In this document: positions 35,700 through 45,538 of the stretch, in pieces | Position numbering within the stretch: position 1 is the first letter of the stretch | Layout: each line of letters opens with the position of its first letter | Origin: Myxococcales bacterium | GTDB lineage: Bacteria > Myxococcota_A > UBA9042 > JABWCM01 > BTVJ01 | DNA: 64,000 nt | Direction: 5' to 3' | Assembly: GCA_045863395.1 (NCBI GenBank) | Contig: BTVJ01000005.1 | Span: 73,467 to 137,466 of the forward strand | Translations under genes and position numbers: made by a program | The notes under the pieces: model-generated | Told to the model about the DNA's origin: nothing | Database searches by the model: none | Seen by the model: the letters and a program-made list of their open reading frames with translations, nothing else

Positions 35700-36404
35700 T
35701 CACTTCAGGGACGCCTGAACGGCCGTCGGATCCAGCTTGATGCCGGGGCCCATGGTCGTCGACACCGCGACCCCTCGCACGTACTGCCCCTTCGCGGTCG
35801 AGGGCTTCAGGCGAAGCAGCACCTCCACGAGCGCGGCGACGTTCTCTTGGAGCTTCACCGCCTCGAAGGACCGCTTGCCGACCGGCGCGTGGATGATCCC
35901 CGCCTTGTCCACGCGAAATTCGATCTTGCCTGCCTTCGACTCGCGGACAGCTTGCCCCACGTCGAACGTCACGGTTCCAACCTTCGGATTGGGCATCAGA
36001 CCGCGTGGTCCGAGGATTCGGCCGATCTTTCCGACCGACCCCATCATGTCAGGAGTGGCAACGGCCTTGTCGAAGTCGAGCCACCCCTTTCGAATGTCCT
36101 CGACCAGGTCGTCACCGCCCACGCGGTCAGCGCCGGCCTCCTCCGCCTCGCGCACCTTGTCGCCCTTGGCGAACACCACCACGCGGACCGTCTTTCCGGT
36201 GCCGTGGGGAAGTACGCACGCGCCACGGACCATCTGATCTGCGTGGCGAGGGTTGACGCCGAGCCGAACCGCCACATCGACGGACTCGTCGAACTTGGCG
36301 TAGCCGGTCTTCGCGACGAGCTGCATGGCCTCCTCGAGCGTGTAGAGCTTGAGGCGATCCACCATCTGGGCTTGTGCCCTGAACTTCTTTCCGTGGCTGG
36401 GCAT
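35700..36404 (-). CDS. rplA: 50S ribosomal protein L1
   Basis: [18 protein letters not shown] and STTMGPG. Confidence 0.98.
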   Translation of the reverse strand: MPSHGKKFRAQAQMVDRLKLYTLEEAMQLVAKTGYAKFDESVDVAVRLGVNPRHADQMVRGACVLPHGTGKTVRVVVFAKGDKVREAEEAGADRVGGDDLVEDIRKGWLDFDKAVATPDMMGSVGKIGRILGPRGLMPNPKVGTVTFDVGQAVRESKAGKIEFRVDKAGIIHAPVGKRSFEAVKLQENVAALVEVLLRLKPSTAKGQYVRGVAVSTTMGPGIKLDPTAVQASLK

Positions 36405-36534
36405 GACACTCTTCCTTCGTGTGCTCGTGGCCGCAGGGCACCACCTTGACGCCCCACGTGGCACTGGTCGGCGCATCGAGCGGCGACCGGGATGGCTCGG
36501 GGCAGCCCGTGGGGGGCCCGGAGCCGGCTCTGCT

Positions 36535-36960
36535 TCAGTCGATGACGTCGATCCCCATGCTGCGGGCGGTGCCCGCTACCGTGCGGATCGCAGCGTCGAT
36601 ATCAGCGGCGTACAGGTCCACACGCTTCAGCTCCGCGATGTCCCGGACCTGCGCCATGGTGACCTTGCCGACCTTCTGGCGGTTCGGCACGCCGGAACCC
36701 TTCGGAATGCCGGCTGCCTTCATCAGCAGCACGGCTGCCGGGGGGGTCTTCGTGATGAAGTCGAAGGAGCGATCCGAGAAGACGGTGACGATGATCGGGA
36801 TGATCATGCCCTCCTCCTTGGCGGTTCGCGCATTGAACTTCTTCACGAACTCCATGATGTTCACGCCGTGCTGACCGAGGGCCGGGCCCACCGGAGGGGC
36901 CGGCGTCGCCTTGCCGGCGGGGCACTGCAGCTTGACTTGGGCGACGATCTTCTTGGCCAT
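36535..36960 (-). CDS. rplK: 50S ribosomal protein L11
   Basis: [15 protein letters not shown] and GTARSMG. Confidence 0.98.
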   Translation of the reverse strand: MAKKIVAQVKLQCPAGKATPAPPVGPALGQHGVNIMEFVKKFNARTAKEEGMIIPIIVTVFSDRSFDFITKTPPAAVLLMKAAGIPKGSGVPNRQKVGKVTMAQVRDIAELKRVDLYAADIDAAIRTVAGTARSMGIDVID

Positions 36961-37064
36961 CTTGTCCTCCGTGTCCTAGCGGCGGGCTCGCCAAGAGCCG
37001 CTCGCTTCCGTGGCACGCGCCACTCCGTTGGTTGTCCGCAAACGCCGGCGCGAGCCAGATCCCG

Positions 37065-37598
37065 TCAGACGCGCTCCACCTGGGTGAAGTCCACCTCTAC
37101 CGGGGTCGGGCGGCCAAAGATCGACACCAAGACGCGCAGCTTCTGCTTCTCCGGGCGGACCTCCTCGACGGTGCCGCTGAAGTTGATGAAGGCGCCGCCC
37201 GTGATGCGCACCTGGGAGCCCTCTTCGAAGTTCTGCGCGACCTTGGGACGCTCGGCGCCCTCCTCCATTTGCTGCGTGATGCGGGCGACCTCCGCCTCAG
37301 GGATCGGCGGCGGGTTCGTCGTGCCGCCCACGAAGCCCGTGATCTTCTGAGTCCCCTTCACGATGTGCCACGTCTCGTCGTCGAGCTCCATCTGGACGAG
37401 CATGTAGCCGGGGAAGAACTTGCGCGACGAGGTGCGCTTCGTTCCTCCCTTCATCTCGACGACGCTCTCCTTGGGGATCAGGATGTCGCCAAACCGCTCC
37501 TCCACCCCCGCGGTCCGGATGCGCTCCTCGAGGAGCTGCTTTGCCCGGTTCTCGTAGCCGGAGTAGGTGTGGACCACGTACCACTTCTTCTCGCCCAT
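37065..37598 (-). CDS. nusG: Transcription factor NusG
   Basis: WYVVHTYSGYE, FFPGY and IFGRPTPVE. True start is ATG at 37598. Confidence 0.97.
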   Translation of the reverse strand: MGEKKWYVVHTYSGYENRAKQLLEERIRTAGVEERFGDILIPKESVVEMKGGTKRTSSRKFFPGYMLVQMELDDETWHIVKGTQKITGFVGGTTNPPPIPEAEVARITQQMEEGAERPKVAQNFEEGSQVRITGGAFINFSGTVEEVRPEKQKLRVLVSIFGRPTPVEVDFTQVERV

Positions 37599-37702
37599 GA
37601 ATCTCTCCTCTCGCCCCCTCCCCTGCGCGGGTCGTACCGCGCTGGCAGCATCGAGCGAGACATCAGCACCCCGCAACCTGGGACGGCCGCTGCGCTTCCG
37701 AG

Positions 37703-38086
37703 TCAGATGTTGTAGATGAAGCCCGTGATCGAGGACCACACAGCGTCGAACAGCCCCAGGATGGCCGAGACGATGATCGTGGTGATCACCACGACGACCG
37801 TGGAGACCTTGGTCTCGGCCCAGGTCGGCCACGTCACCTTCTTCAGCTCGTTCGCGATCTCGTGACCCAGCTCGTTCACCCGAGGGTGACGCCAGAGCAC
37901 TATGCCCGTGGCCATACCCGCGGCGAGACCCAACAGGTCGCTCAGCGAGAACCCCGCCCCGAGCAGCGAGCGGTCGGCGCTCGGGCTGATCGCCCCGAGG
38001 ACGAACCCGAACAACTCTGCCAGGATGATCCAGGTCAGCAGGCCGGTCGCGACGAAGGCCATGTTGACGTAGCGTGTAACGCTCAT
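37703..38086 (-). CDS. secE: Preprotein translocase SecE (three-TM form)
   Basis: ELKKVTWPT plus hydrophobic helices, directly upstream of nusG. Confidence 0.93.
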   Translation of the reverse strand: MSVTRYVNMAFVATGLLTWIILAELFGFVLGAISPSADRSLLGAGFSLSDLLGLAAGMATGIVLWRHPRVNELGHEIANELKKVTWPTWAETKVSTVVVVITTIIVSAILGLFDAVWSSITGFIYNI

Positions 38087-38168
38087 TGGCAGCTTCCCTG
38101 TGCGCTTCGGGTGGATGGACCAGGGTGGGCGCTCTGTGCCACCTCCCACCCATCAGCTTCTCCAGCTG

Positions 38169-38495
38169 CGGGTGGTGGTGGCCTGAACTCGGTCCTGCTC
38201 GTAGCTGGCTCGAGTGCTCGTGCCCCGGAGACCATCTTCGTTTCACACCTCGCTCTGCGCGGTGTGAAGTCCTTGGGTTTGGTCGGAGGGAGACCGGCGG
38301 CGTGGGTGGGTTGGGTACCCGCCGCCTTCCCTCACGAGTCCCTGGGATCAAGCTGATCCCGAGTGGCTCGCTGGGCCGGTCTCACTCCTCCCTGCAGGGC
38401 GCCTCTTCAGGCTCCTGCGGTCCAGACACGTCCCGGGCACCACTTCATCCGGGGCACCGTTTGGGTCGTCTGGCTCTCGGAGGCCACCACGCCCG
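38169..38495. ncRNA. Candidate large structured RNA of unknown family
   Basis: Nested stems 38175-84/38481-90, 38220-29/38448-57, 38242-49/38261-68, 38290-98/38375-83 and 38344-50/38354-60. No credible ORF. Confidence 0.45.
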
Positions 38496-38515
38496 TTTCG
38501 TGTCTCGACCCTAGG

Positions 38516-38588
38516 CAGGCCAGGAGGGATTCGAACCCCCAACCCTCGGATTTGGAGTCCGATGCTCTACCGTTAGAGCTACTGGCCT
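38516..38588 (-). tRNA. tRNA-Trp(CCA)
   Basis: AGGCCAG...CTGGCCT-G, anticodon arm TCGGA-CT-CCA-AA-TCCGA. Confidence 0.96.
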
Positions 38589-38637
38589 GTTGTCACGGAG
38601 CTCTTGCCCCGCGACGACAGGGTGCCGGGCACCCTGC

Positions 38638-38817
38638 TCACTTCACCTCTTTGTGCACCGTGTGGCGCCGCTCGAACCTGCAGTACTTGCGGAACTCCAA
38701 ACGGGCCGGGGTGCGCTTCTTGTTCTTCGTCGTGCTGTACCGGGACACCCCCGGCATGCCGCTCTTGCGACACTCCGTGCACTCGAGCTGCACGATGATG
38801 CGGTTTCCCTGAGCCAT
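38638..38817 (-). CDS. rpmG: 50S ribosomal protein L33 (long form)
   Basis: Manual translation: [59 protein letters not shown]. Confidence 0.95.
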   Translation of the reverse strand: MAQGNRIIVQLECTECRKSGMPGVSRYSTTKNKKRTPARLEFRKYCRFERRHTVHKEVK

Positions 38818-38892
38818 GGTTGCGTCCTCGGTTCATGTGCGGACGCCCGACGCACGCGCGTCGGGCGCCCTCTGTGCTCTCTCGTCGCGGTC

Positions 38893-40086
<1,194 letters not shown>

Positions 40087-40173
40087 TGCTCTCTCCTTTG
40101 AAATCCCCGTGGCGCGCCTGGCGGCCTCGACCATCGGCTTGGTGTTACAACCACGTTCACGGCGCGAGCCGCC

Positions 40174-40249
40174 TGGAGCCTACGACCGGGATTGAACCGG
40201 TGACCTCCTCCTTACCAAGGAGGTGCTCTACCGACTGAGCTACGTAGGC
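40174..40249 (-). tRNA. tRNA-Thr(GGU)
   Basis: GCCTACG...CGTAGGC-T-CCA, anticodon GGT. Confidence 0.96.
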
Positions 40250-40296
40250 CTGGGGTTGGCGCCCGCTCTAGCCTCTCACTGCTCTTGTCCACGCGG

Positions 40297-40370
40297 AGCG
40301 GGAAACGGGACTCGAACCCGCGACCCTCAGCTTGGAAGGCTGATGCTCTAGCCAACTGAGCTATTCCCGC
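40297..40370 (-). tRNA. tRNA-Gly(UCC)
   Basis: GCGGGAA...TTCCCGC-T, anticodon TCC. Confidence 0.96.
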
Positions 40371-40418
40371 GATTGCTCCTGCGTTCAGTTCATGCACGCC
40401 GCGGACGGCGGGCTGCCC

Positions 40419-40504
40419 TGGTGGAGGGGGGAGGATTCGAACCTCCGAAGTCGTCCGACGACAGATTTACAGTCTGTTCCCTTTGGCCACTCGGGAACCC
40501 CTCC
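40419..40504 (-). tRNA. tRNA-Tyr(GUA)
   Basis: GGAGGGG...CCCCTCC-A-CCA, anticodon GTA, long variable arm. Confidence 0.96.
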
Positions 40505-40519
40505 AGTTGTCATCCTCAG

Positions 40520-40592
40520 AGCTGGCGATGGGACTCGAACCCGCAACCTGCTGATTACAAATCAGCTGCTCTGCCAATTGAGCTACGCCAGC
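40520..40592 (-). tRNA. tRNA-Thr(UGU)
   Basis: GCTGGCG...CGCCAGC-T, anticodon TGT. Confidence 0.96.
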
Positions 40593-40757
40593 GCGTCTTG
40601 GTGGCCGGCTTCTTGCCGCTGCCCCCTCGCGAGGGAGCATAGCGATATTGGATTCGTCTCGTTCTGTCAAGCCCAAACGCACCACAAGCCGACCGCGCCT
40701 CGGTTGGCCAAGGCGTCGCGCCGCCGTGCCCACGGCTTCAGCGAACCGTGGCGCCGC

Positions 40758-40786
40758 AGCATAGACATCACTGCGGGCCGCGTCAA
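40758..40786 (-). promoter_or_regulatory. Putative sigma70 promoter of the tRNA-tuf operon
   Basis: TTGACG-N17-TATGCT. Confidence 0.6.
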
Positions 40787-40820
40787 CAGGAAACGCACCT
40801 TGCGGAGAGTCCCGCCGCCT

Positions 40821-42089
40821 TCAGATGCCTGCCTCCTCAGGTCCGAGGAACTCGTCACGCACCGACGGATCGCCGGGGACCGCGAAGTCCCGCTCCACCT
40901 GCTCGTAGTAGTCGATGATCCGCCGCACATAGGCGCGCTTGGCGAGGTAGTTGCCCGGGAAGAAGCTGCGCTTGAACCCGTAGATGATGTGATGGCGCAA
41001 ATCCCGGCGCGTCAGGTTGAAGTGGCGCACCGCGAGCTCAATCTCCCGCGTTACGGTCGTGCTCGACACCGTCCGGTTGTCGGTACAGAACGTCGTCGAC
41101 AGACGCAGCTTCTGCATGTCACGGAACGCGTGATCAGCAATGGACTTCAGCATGGGGTTGGTCTGCAGGTTGCTCGACAGGCAGATCTCGATCGTCACGC
41201 GCCGGTCCGCGATGTACTGAGCCAGATCACGGATGTAGCCATGCTTGTCGTTGATGTTGCTCTCGATGAGCCACGCGCTGAGCAGGTGGTAGCCGTGCCC
41301 GATCCGATCCGCGTGCAGGTCGGTGATGGCCTGGAAGATGCTCTCCGGACCATAGGCTTCACCGGCGTGGACCGTCTTCTTCATGAAGTTCTTGTGGACG
41401 AACTGGTAGGCCTCCGCGTGGTCCACCGCCGGGAAGCCGTTCTCCTGGCCGGCCAGGTCGAAGCCCACGATCGGGAGCCCGTACTCGTTGCGAAGCGCGA
41501 CCACCGCCTGGGCCAGCTCCAGGGACGCCATGGCGAAGGCACGCTTCCGGGGGGTGTAGCGGTGGACGTCCAGGAACTGGTGGAAGTACGGCCCGAATTC
41601 AGCCGTGAACATGCGCATGGCGCAGGCGATGATGCCATACTCGAAGGGTGGCTCTTGGCCGCTTCGCACCTCGGCGCGAGCGTTGAACTGGTCCCGCCCC
41701 CTCTTGAAGCCTCGGTGAACGGCCCACATCACACGCTTGAGGTCGAGGTGCTCGTTGATGTGGAGCTGGGGAGCAAACCGGGGCTCGATGTAGCGGACCC
41801 CCTCGGCCTGGTTGTCGAGCGCGAACTCATAGGCGATGCGCTCGAGAGCCTCCTCGTCCTGCATCACCGCGGTCAGGTACTGGAAGCCTTGCAGGTACTC
41901 GACCAGGCTGCCGTACAGATCCTTGAACACCGTCTCGCGAAGTCCCTCCTCGGTGTACGAGGGAAGCTCAACGTTGCGCTCCCGCGCCAGCTCGATGAGC
42001 GTGGAGAGGCGCACAGACCCGTCCAGGTGGACGTGGAGGTCGCTCTTTGGGAGCTTCTCCAGGAACTCGCGACTGATGGACTCGTTCAT
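40821..42089 (-). CDS. Adenosine/AMP deaminase family protein
   Basis: PKSDLHVHLDG, GFDLAG, HAGE, RIGHG and CTDN. Confidence 0.9.
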   Translation of the reverse strand: MNESISREFLEKLPKSDLHVHLDGSVRLSTLIELARERNVELPSYTEEGLRETVFKDLYGSLVEYLQGFQYLTAVMQDEEALERIAYEFALDNQAEGVRYIEPRFAPQLHINEHLDLKRVMWAVHRGFKRGRDQFNARAEVRSGQEPPFEYGIIACAMRMFTAEFGPYFHQFLDVHRYTPRKRAFAMASLELAQAVVALRNEYGLPIVGFDLAGQENGFPAVDHAEAYQFVHKNFMKKTVHAGEAYGPESIFQAITDLHADRIGHGYHLLSAWLIESNINDKHGYIRDLAQYIADRRVTIEICLSSNLQTNPMLKSIADHAFRDMQKLRLSTTFCTDNRTVSSTTVTREIELAVRHFNLTRRDLRHHIIYGFKRSFFPGNYLAKRAYVRRIIDYYEQVERDFAVPGDPSVRDEFLGPEEAGI

Positions 42090-42853
42090 GGAACACCCGG
42101 GCCGCCATGCGGAGCAGCGAGGACGCGCTGGCGCAAGGCTTCGTAGAGGAAGATGCCAGCGAACACGCTGACGTTGAGAGACTCCATGCGACCCTGGGAG
42201 GGCAGCGTGACCAGGCGATCACAGCGCTCCGTCGTGAGGCGGCGCATGCCCGGTCCCTCGGCGCCCAACACGAGCGCCGTAGGCACCGTGAAGTCAACTG
42301 CGGTGATGGGCTCCCCGCCAGCCGGAACGCTGCCCACGACCCAGAGCCCGCCTGCTTTCAGCTCATCGAGGGCTCGGGCGAGGTTCGTGACCATGCACAC
42401 CGGCAGCATGGCCGCGGCGCCGGCGGCGGCCCGCTCGACGGTAGGGTTGACGTGGACTGCGCGGTCCTTGGGGATGACCACTCCCGTGGCGCCGAAGAAC
42501 GCCGCGCTGCGAAGGATGGCGCCGAGGTTCTGGGGATCGGAGACGCCGTCGAGCACAACGAGCAGCGGCGCGTGGTCTCGCGCCTTGACGACCTCGTCCA
42601 GGTCCACGTAGGAGAACGCGCGGAGCTCGGCGGCGACCCCCTGCGTATTTCGCCCCGCGGCGAGGCGCTTGAAGTAGTCCGTCTGCTCCGGCTCGACCGG
42701 AATCCCGGCCTGGCGGGCCTCCGAGACGATGGCTTCGCGGGCAGGGTGTGGGCGGACGTCGGCCTGGATCAGGATCCGAATGACCCGATCGGGGGTCTCG
42801 GACAGCGCCGAGGCGACTGCGTGGATGCCTGTGACCCGCTCAACCGCGGCCAA
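42086..42853 (-). CDS. rlmB: 23S rRNA (Gm2251) methyltransferase, SPOUT family
   Basis: LDGVSDPQNLGAILRSA, GAEGPG and SLNVSV. Confidence 0.9.
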   Translation of the reverse strand: MAAVERVTGIHAVASALSETPDRVIRILIQADVRPHPAREAIVSEARQAGIPVEPEQTDYFKRLAAGRNTQGVAAELRAFSYVDLDEVVKARDHAPLLVVLDGVSDPQNLGAILRSAAFFGATGVVIPKDRAVHVNPTVERAAAGAAAMLPVCMVTNLARALDELKAGGLWVVGSVPAGGEPITAVDFTVPTALVLGAEGPGMRRLTTERCDRLVTLPSQGRMESLNVSVFAGIFLYEALRQRVLAAPHGGPGVP

Positions 42854-44588
42854 GGCGAGCCTCCTGCTCAGCGTGGGACGCGGCGAGGAGCGACTGCACG
42901 GCGGCGACCACCTGGTCCGGCGGAATGACCTCCCGCGTGTCCTCGCTCCTGCGCTTCAGCTCCACCCCACCCGCCTCCAGGGACTTGCGGCCGACGACCA
43001 CCTGAACCGGCGTCCCCATCAGGTCCGCGTCCTTGAACTTCGCTCCCGGCCGCTCCTCCCGGTCGTCGTAGAGCGCGTCGACTCCCGCCTCAAGGAGGGA
43101 GCGGTAGAGTCGCTCCGCCTCGGCGCGCACCGTCGGGTCATCGACGTTCAGCGCCATGACCACCACCTGGAACGGAGCGATGGCGGGCGGGAAGCGGATC
43201 CCCCCCTTGTCGTGGTGCTGCTCGATGGCCGCCGAGAGGATACGGGTAACGCCGATGCCGTAGCAGCCCATGACCGCGACCTGCTCCTTGCCGGCCTCGT
43301 CGAGGAAGGTGCAGCGCATGGGTTCGGAGTAGCGCGTGCCGAGCAGGAAGATGTGCCCCACCTCGATGCCACGAAAGAACGAGAACGTGCCCTCACCGCA
43401 CCTCGGGCAAGCCTCGCCTCCGACGGCGGTGCGCAAGTCGATGGCCTGCGCGACCTGGAAGTCGCGTCCAGGGGTGACGTCGACCAAGTGGGTGTCTGCT
43501 TGGTTCGCCCCGACCACGGCGTTGATCTGCCCCAGGAGCGAGTGGTCAGCCACGATGCGCACGTCGCCCGGCAAGCCCACGGGGCCGGCGAACCCTACCG
43601 GGGCGCCCGTGACGCGGCGCACCGTGTCCTCGTCGGCGAGGCCAAGGTCGCTCGCACCCAGGGCAGCCTTGAGCTTGATCTCGTTGAGCTCGTGGTCGCC
43701 CCGCACGAGGGCTGCGACCACGGACCCATCAGCGATGAACAGCAGCGTCTTGATCAGCCGCTCCGGGGGAACGCCCAGGAAGGCCGTGACCTCCTCGACT
43801 GTGCGCATGCGGGGTGTGGCCACGAGCCTGGGCGCACGAGCGTCCTCGCCGGCGCCGGCCAGCGGAGCCGGCTTGAGCTCCGCCTTCTCGACGTTTGCGG
43901 TATAGGGGCAGGTTGAGCAGGAGACGATGGAGTCCTCGCCAGTCTCGGCGAGCACCTGGAACTCGTGACTCGCCGAGCCTCCGATGTTCCCCGTGTCCGC
44001 CTCGACCACGCGGAAGTCCAGGCCGCAGCGAGTGAAGATGCGCGTATAGGCTTCGTGCATCCGGTCATAGCTGCGCCGCGCTGCCTCCAAGGTGGCGTCG
44101 AAGCTGTATGCGTCCTTCATGATGAACTCGCGTCCACGCATCAAGCCGCCGCGCGGTCTGAGCTCATCACGAAACTTGCCCTGGATCTGATAGAGGTTGA
44201 TGGGGAGCTGGCGATAGGACCGAACGTCCCGCCGCACCAAGTCTACGACCACCTCCTCATGGGTCGGGCCGAGGCAGAACTCGCTCCCCTTGCGGTCCTT
44301 GAAGCGCAGCAGCTCGGGGCCATACTTGGCCCATCGCCCGGACTCCTGCCAGAGCTCCGCCGGCTGCACCGTTGGCATCAGCACCTCCATGGCGCCGGCC
44401 CGGTTCATCTCCTCACGGACGATGGCCTCGATCTTGGACAGGACCCGGACGCCGAGGGGGAGAAAGCTGTAGACCCCTGCTGCGACCTTGCGGATGAACC
44501 CGCCGCGGATCAGGAGCTCGTGGCTGGGAAGCTCCGCGTCCTTGGGAGCCTCCTTGAGAGTGGGCGCGTGAAATGCCGAGAGGCGCAT
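42840..44588 (-). CDS. proS: Proline--tRNA ligase (with editing domain)
   Basis: LGPTHEE, KFRDELRPRGGLMRGREF and MGCYGIG. ATG at 44588. Confidence 0.98.
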   Translation of the reverse strand: MRLSAFHAPTLKEAPKDAELPSHELLIRGGFIRKVAAGVYSFLPLGVRVLSKIEAIVREEMNRAGAMEVLMPTVQPAELWQESGRWAKYGPELLRFKDRKGSEFCLGPTHEEVVVDLVRRDVRSYRQLPINLYQIQGKFRDELRPRGGLMRGREFIMKDAYSFDATLEAARRSYDRMHEAYTRIFTRCGLDFRVVEADTGNIGGSASHEFQVLAETGEDSIVSCSTCPYTANVEKAELKPAPLAGAGEDARAPRLVATPRMRTVEEVTAFLGVPPERLIKTLLFIADGSVVAALVRGDHELNEIKLKAALGASDLGLADEDTVRRVTGAPVGFAGPVGLPGDVRIVADHSLLGQINAVVGANQADTHLVDVTPGRDFQVAQAIDLRTAVGGEACPRCGEGTFSFFRGIEVGHIFLLGTRYSEPMRCTFLDEAGKEQVAVMGCYGIGVTRILSAAIEQHHDKGGIRFPPAIAPFQVVVMALNVDDPTVRAEAERLYRSLLEAGVDALYDDREERPGAKFKDADLMGTPVQVVVGRKSLEAGGVELKRRSEDTREVIPPDQVVAAVQSLLAASHAEQEARLGRG

Positions 44589-44651
44589 CTGTGGTCTCCT
44601 GCGGGTGGGAGTACGGCGCGCATCACCACCCGCCGCGCCCCAGGGTGGCGC

Positions 44652-44681
44652 ACGATAGCACCGGCGTCCCGAGGGTGTCAA
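44652..44681 (-). promoter_or_regulatory. Putative proS sigma70 promoter
   Basis: TTGACA-N18-TATCGT. Confidence 0.5.
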
Positions 44682-44853
44682 CGCGTGCCGGGAGAGGAAG
44701 GTCAGGCTCCGACGACACATCGGCCCGACTCCGCGCGCGCAGTCCCAGGAGCGCTGGATCCAGGGAGTTCACCGCTGCATCCTGGCGAGTCGGGGACCCG
44801 CTGCGCCGAGAAGTGTCGCGACGGCGCTTCCCTTTACCACAGGGTGAGGACCG

Positions 44854-45468
44854 ATGAGCAAGCGACGATCAAGAGATGAGTTGGAGGCAGAAGACGCCCT
44901 CTTCGAGGCAGCCATGGCCACCCTGGGGTCCGCGCCGCCAGAGGTCAAGGCGCCCTTGTCGTCTCGGCAGCCGGCCCTGCGGCCCCCCTCGACGGAGGAC
45001 GCCGGGAGAGCCGCCTGGCTCCGGGAGCAGGACGCTCTCTTCGAAGCGAGCGTCTCAGACGCAGTTGCACCAGACCCGGAGGACGTGGGGGAGAAGCCGC
45101 CGGGTCCACGGCGGTCGGTACACGCAGGGACGAGGAGGACGCTGAACAGGCGCCTCCATCAGGGCGACGTGCGCCCCGACGGCGCTCTGGATCTGCACGG
45201 ACTCAGGCGCGAAGCTGCACGGACCCGCCTCATCACCTTCGTACGAGGCGCCTTCGCGTCCGGTGGGCGCCTGCTCCTTGTCGTCACGGGGCGGGGCAAG
45301 CACTCCGCAGGAGATGCGGTGCTCCGGGAGATGACGCCTCACTGGGTTCGGGAGGATCTTGACGACGTGGTCCAGGACTGCTGGAAGGCACCCGCAGAGC
45401 TGGGTGGAGAGGGGGCGCTGTTGGTGCTCCTGAGGCCGCCGCGGCGCGCGGACCCGGGACTCGGCTGA
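44854..45468 (+). CDS. Smr/MutS2-C domain protein
   Basis: LDLHG, VVTGRGKHS and GGEGALLVLL. Confidence 0.9.
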   Translation: MSKRRSRDELEAEDALFEAAMATLGSAPPEVKAPLSSRQPALRPPSTEDAGRAAWLREQDALFEASVSDAVAPDPEDVGEKPPGPRRSVHAGTRRTLNRRLHQGDVRPDGALDLHGLRREAARTRLITFVRGAFASGGRLLLVVTGRGKHSAGDAVLREMTPHWVREDLDDVVQDCWKAPAELGGEGALLVLLRPPRRADPGLG

Positions 45469-45538
45469 CGGGGAGCTGGTCGGGGAGCGGAGACGGGTCG
45501 GGGGAGCGGGCGGCCCGAGCGGCCGCCCCGTCGCGAGC

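Noticed and set aside
36405-36534. Possible L1-binding leader between rplK and rplA (CGTGG...CCACG stem)
   Set aside because: The match to the L1 site is too loose to call without a covariance model.
37599-38351. Apparent 250-aa N-terminal extension of NusG
   Set aside because: It overlaps secE in another frame. NusG homology begins at ATG 37598, which has an RBS.
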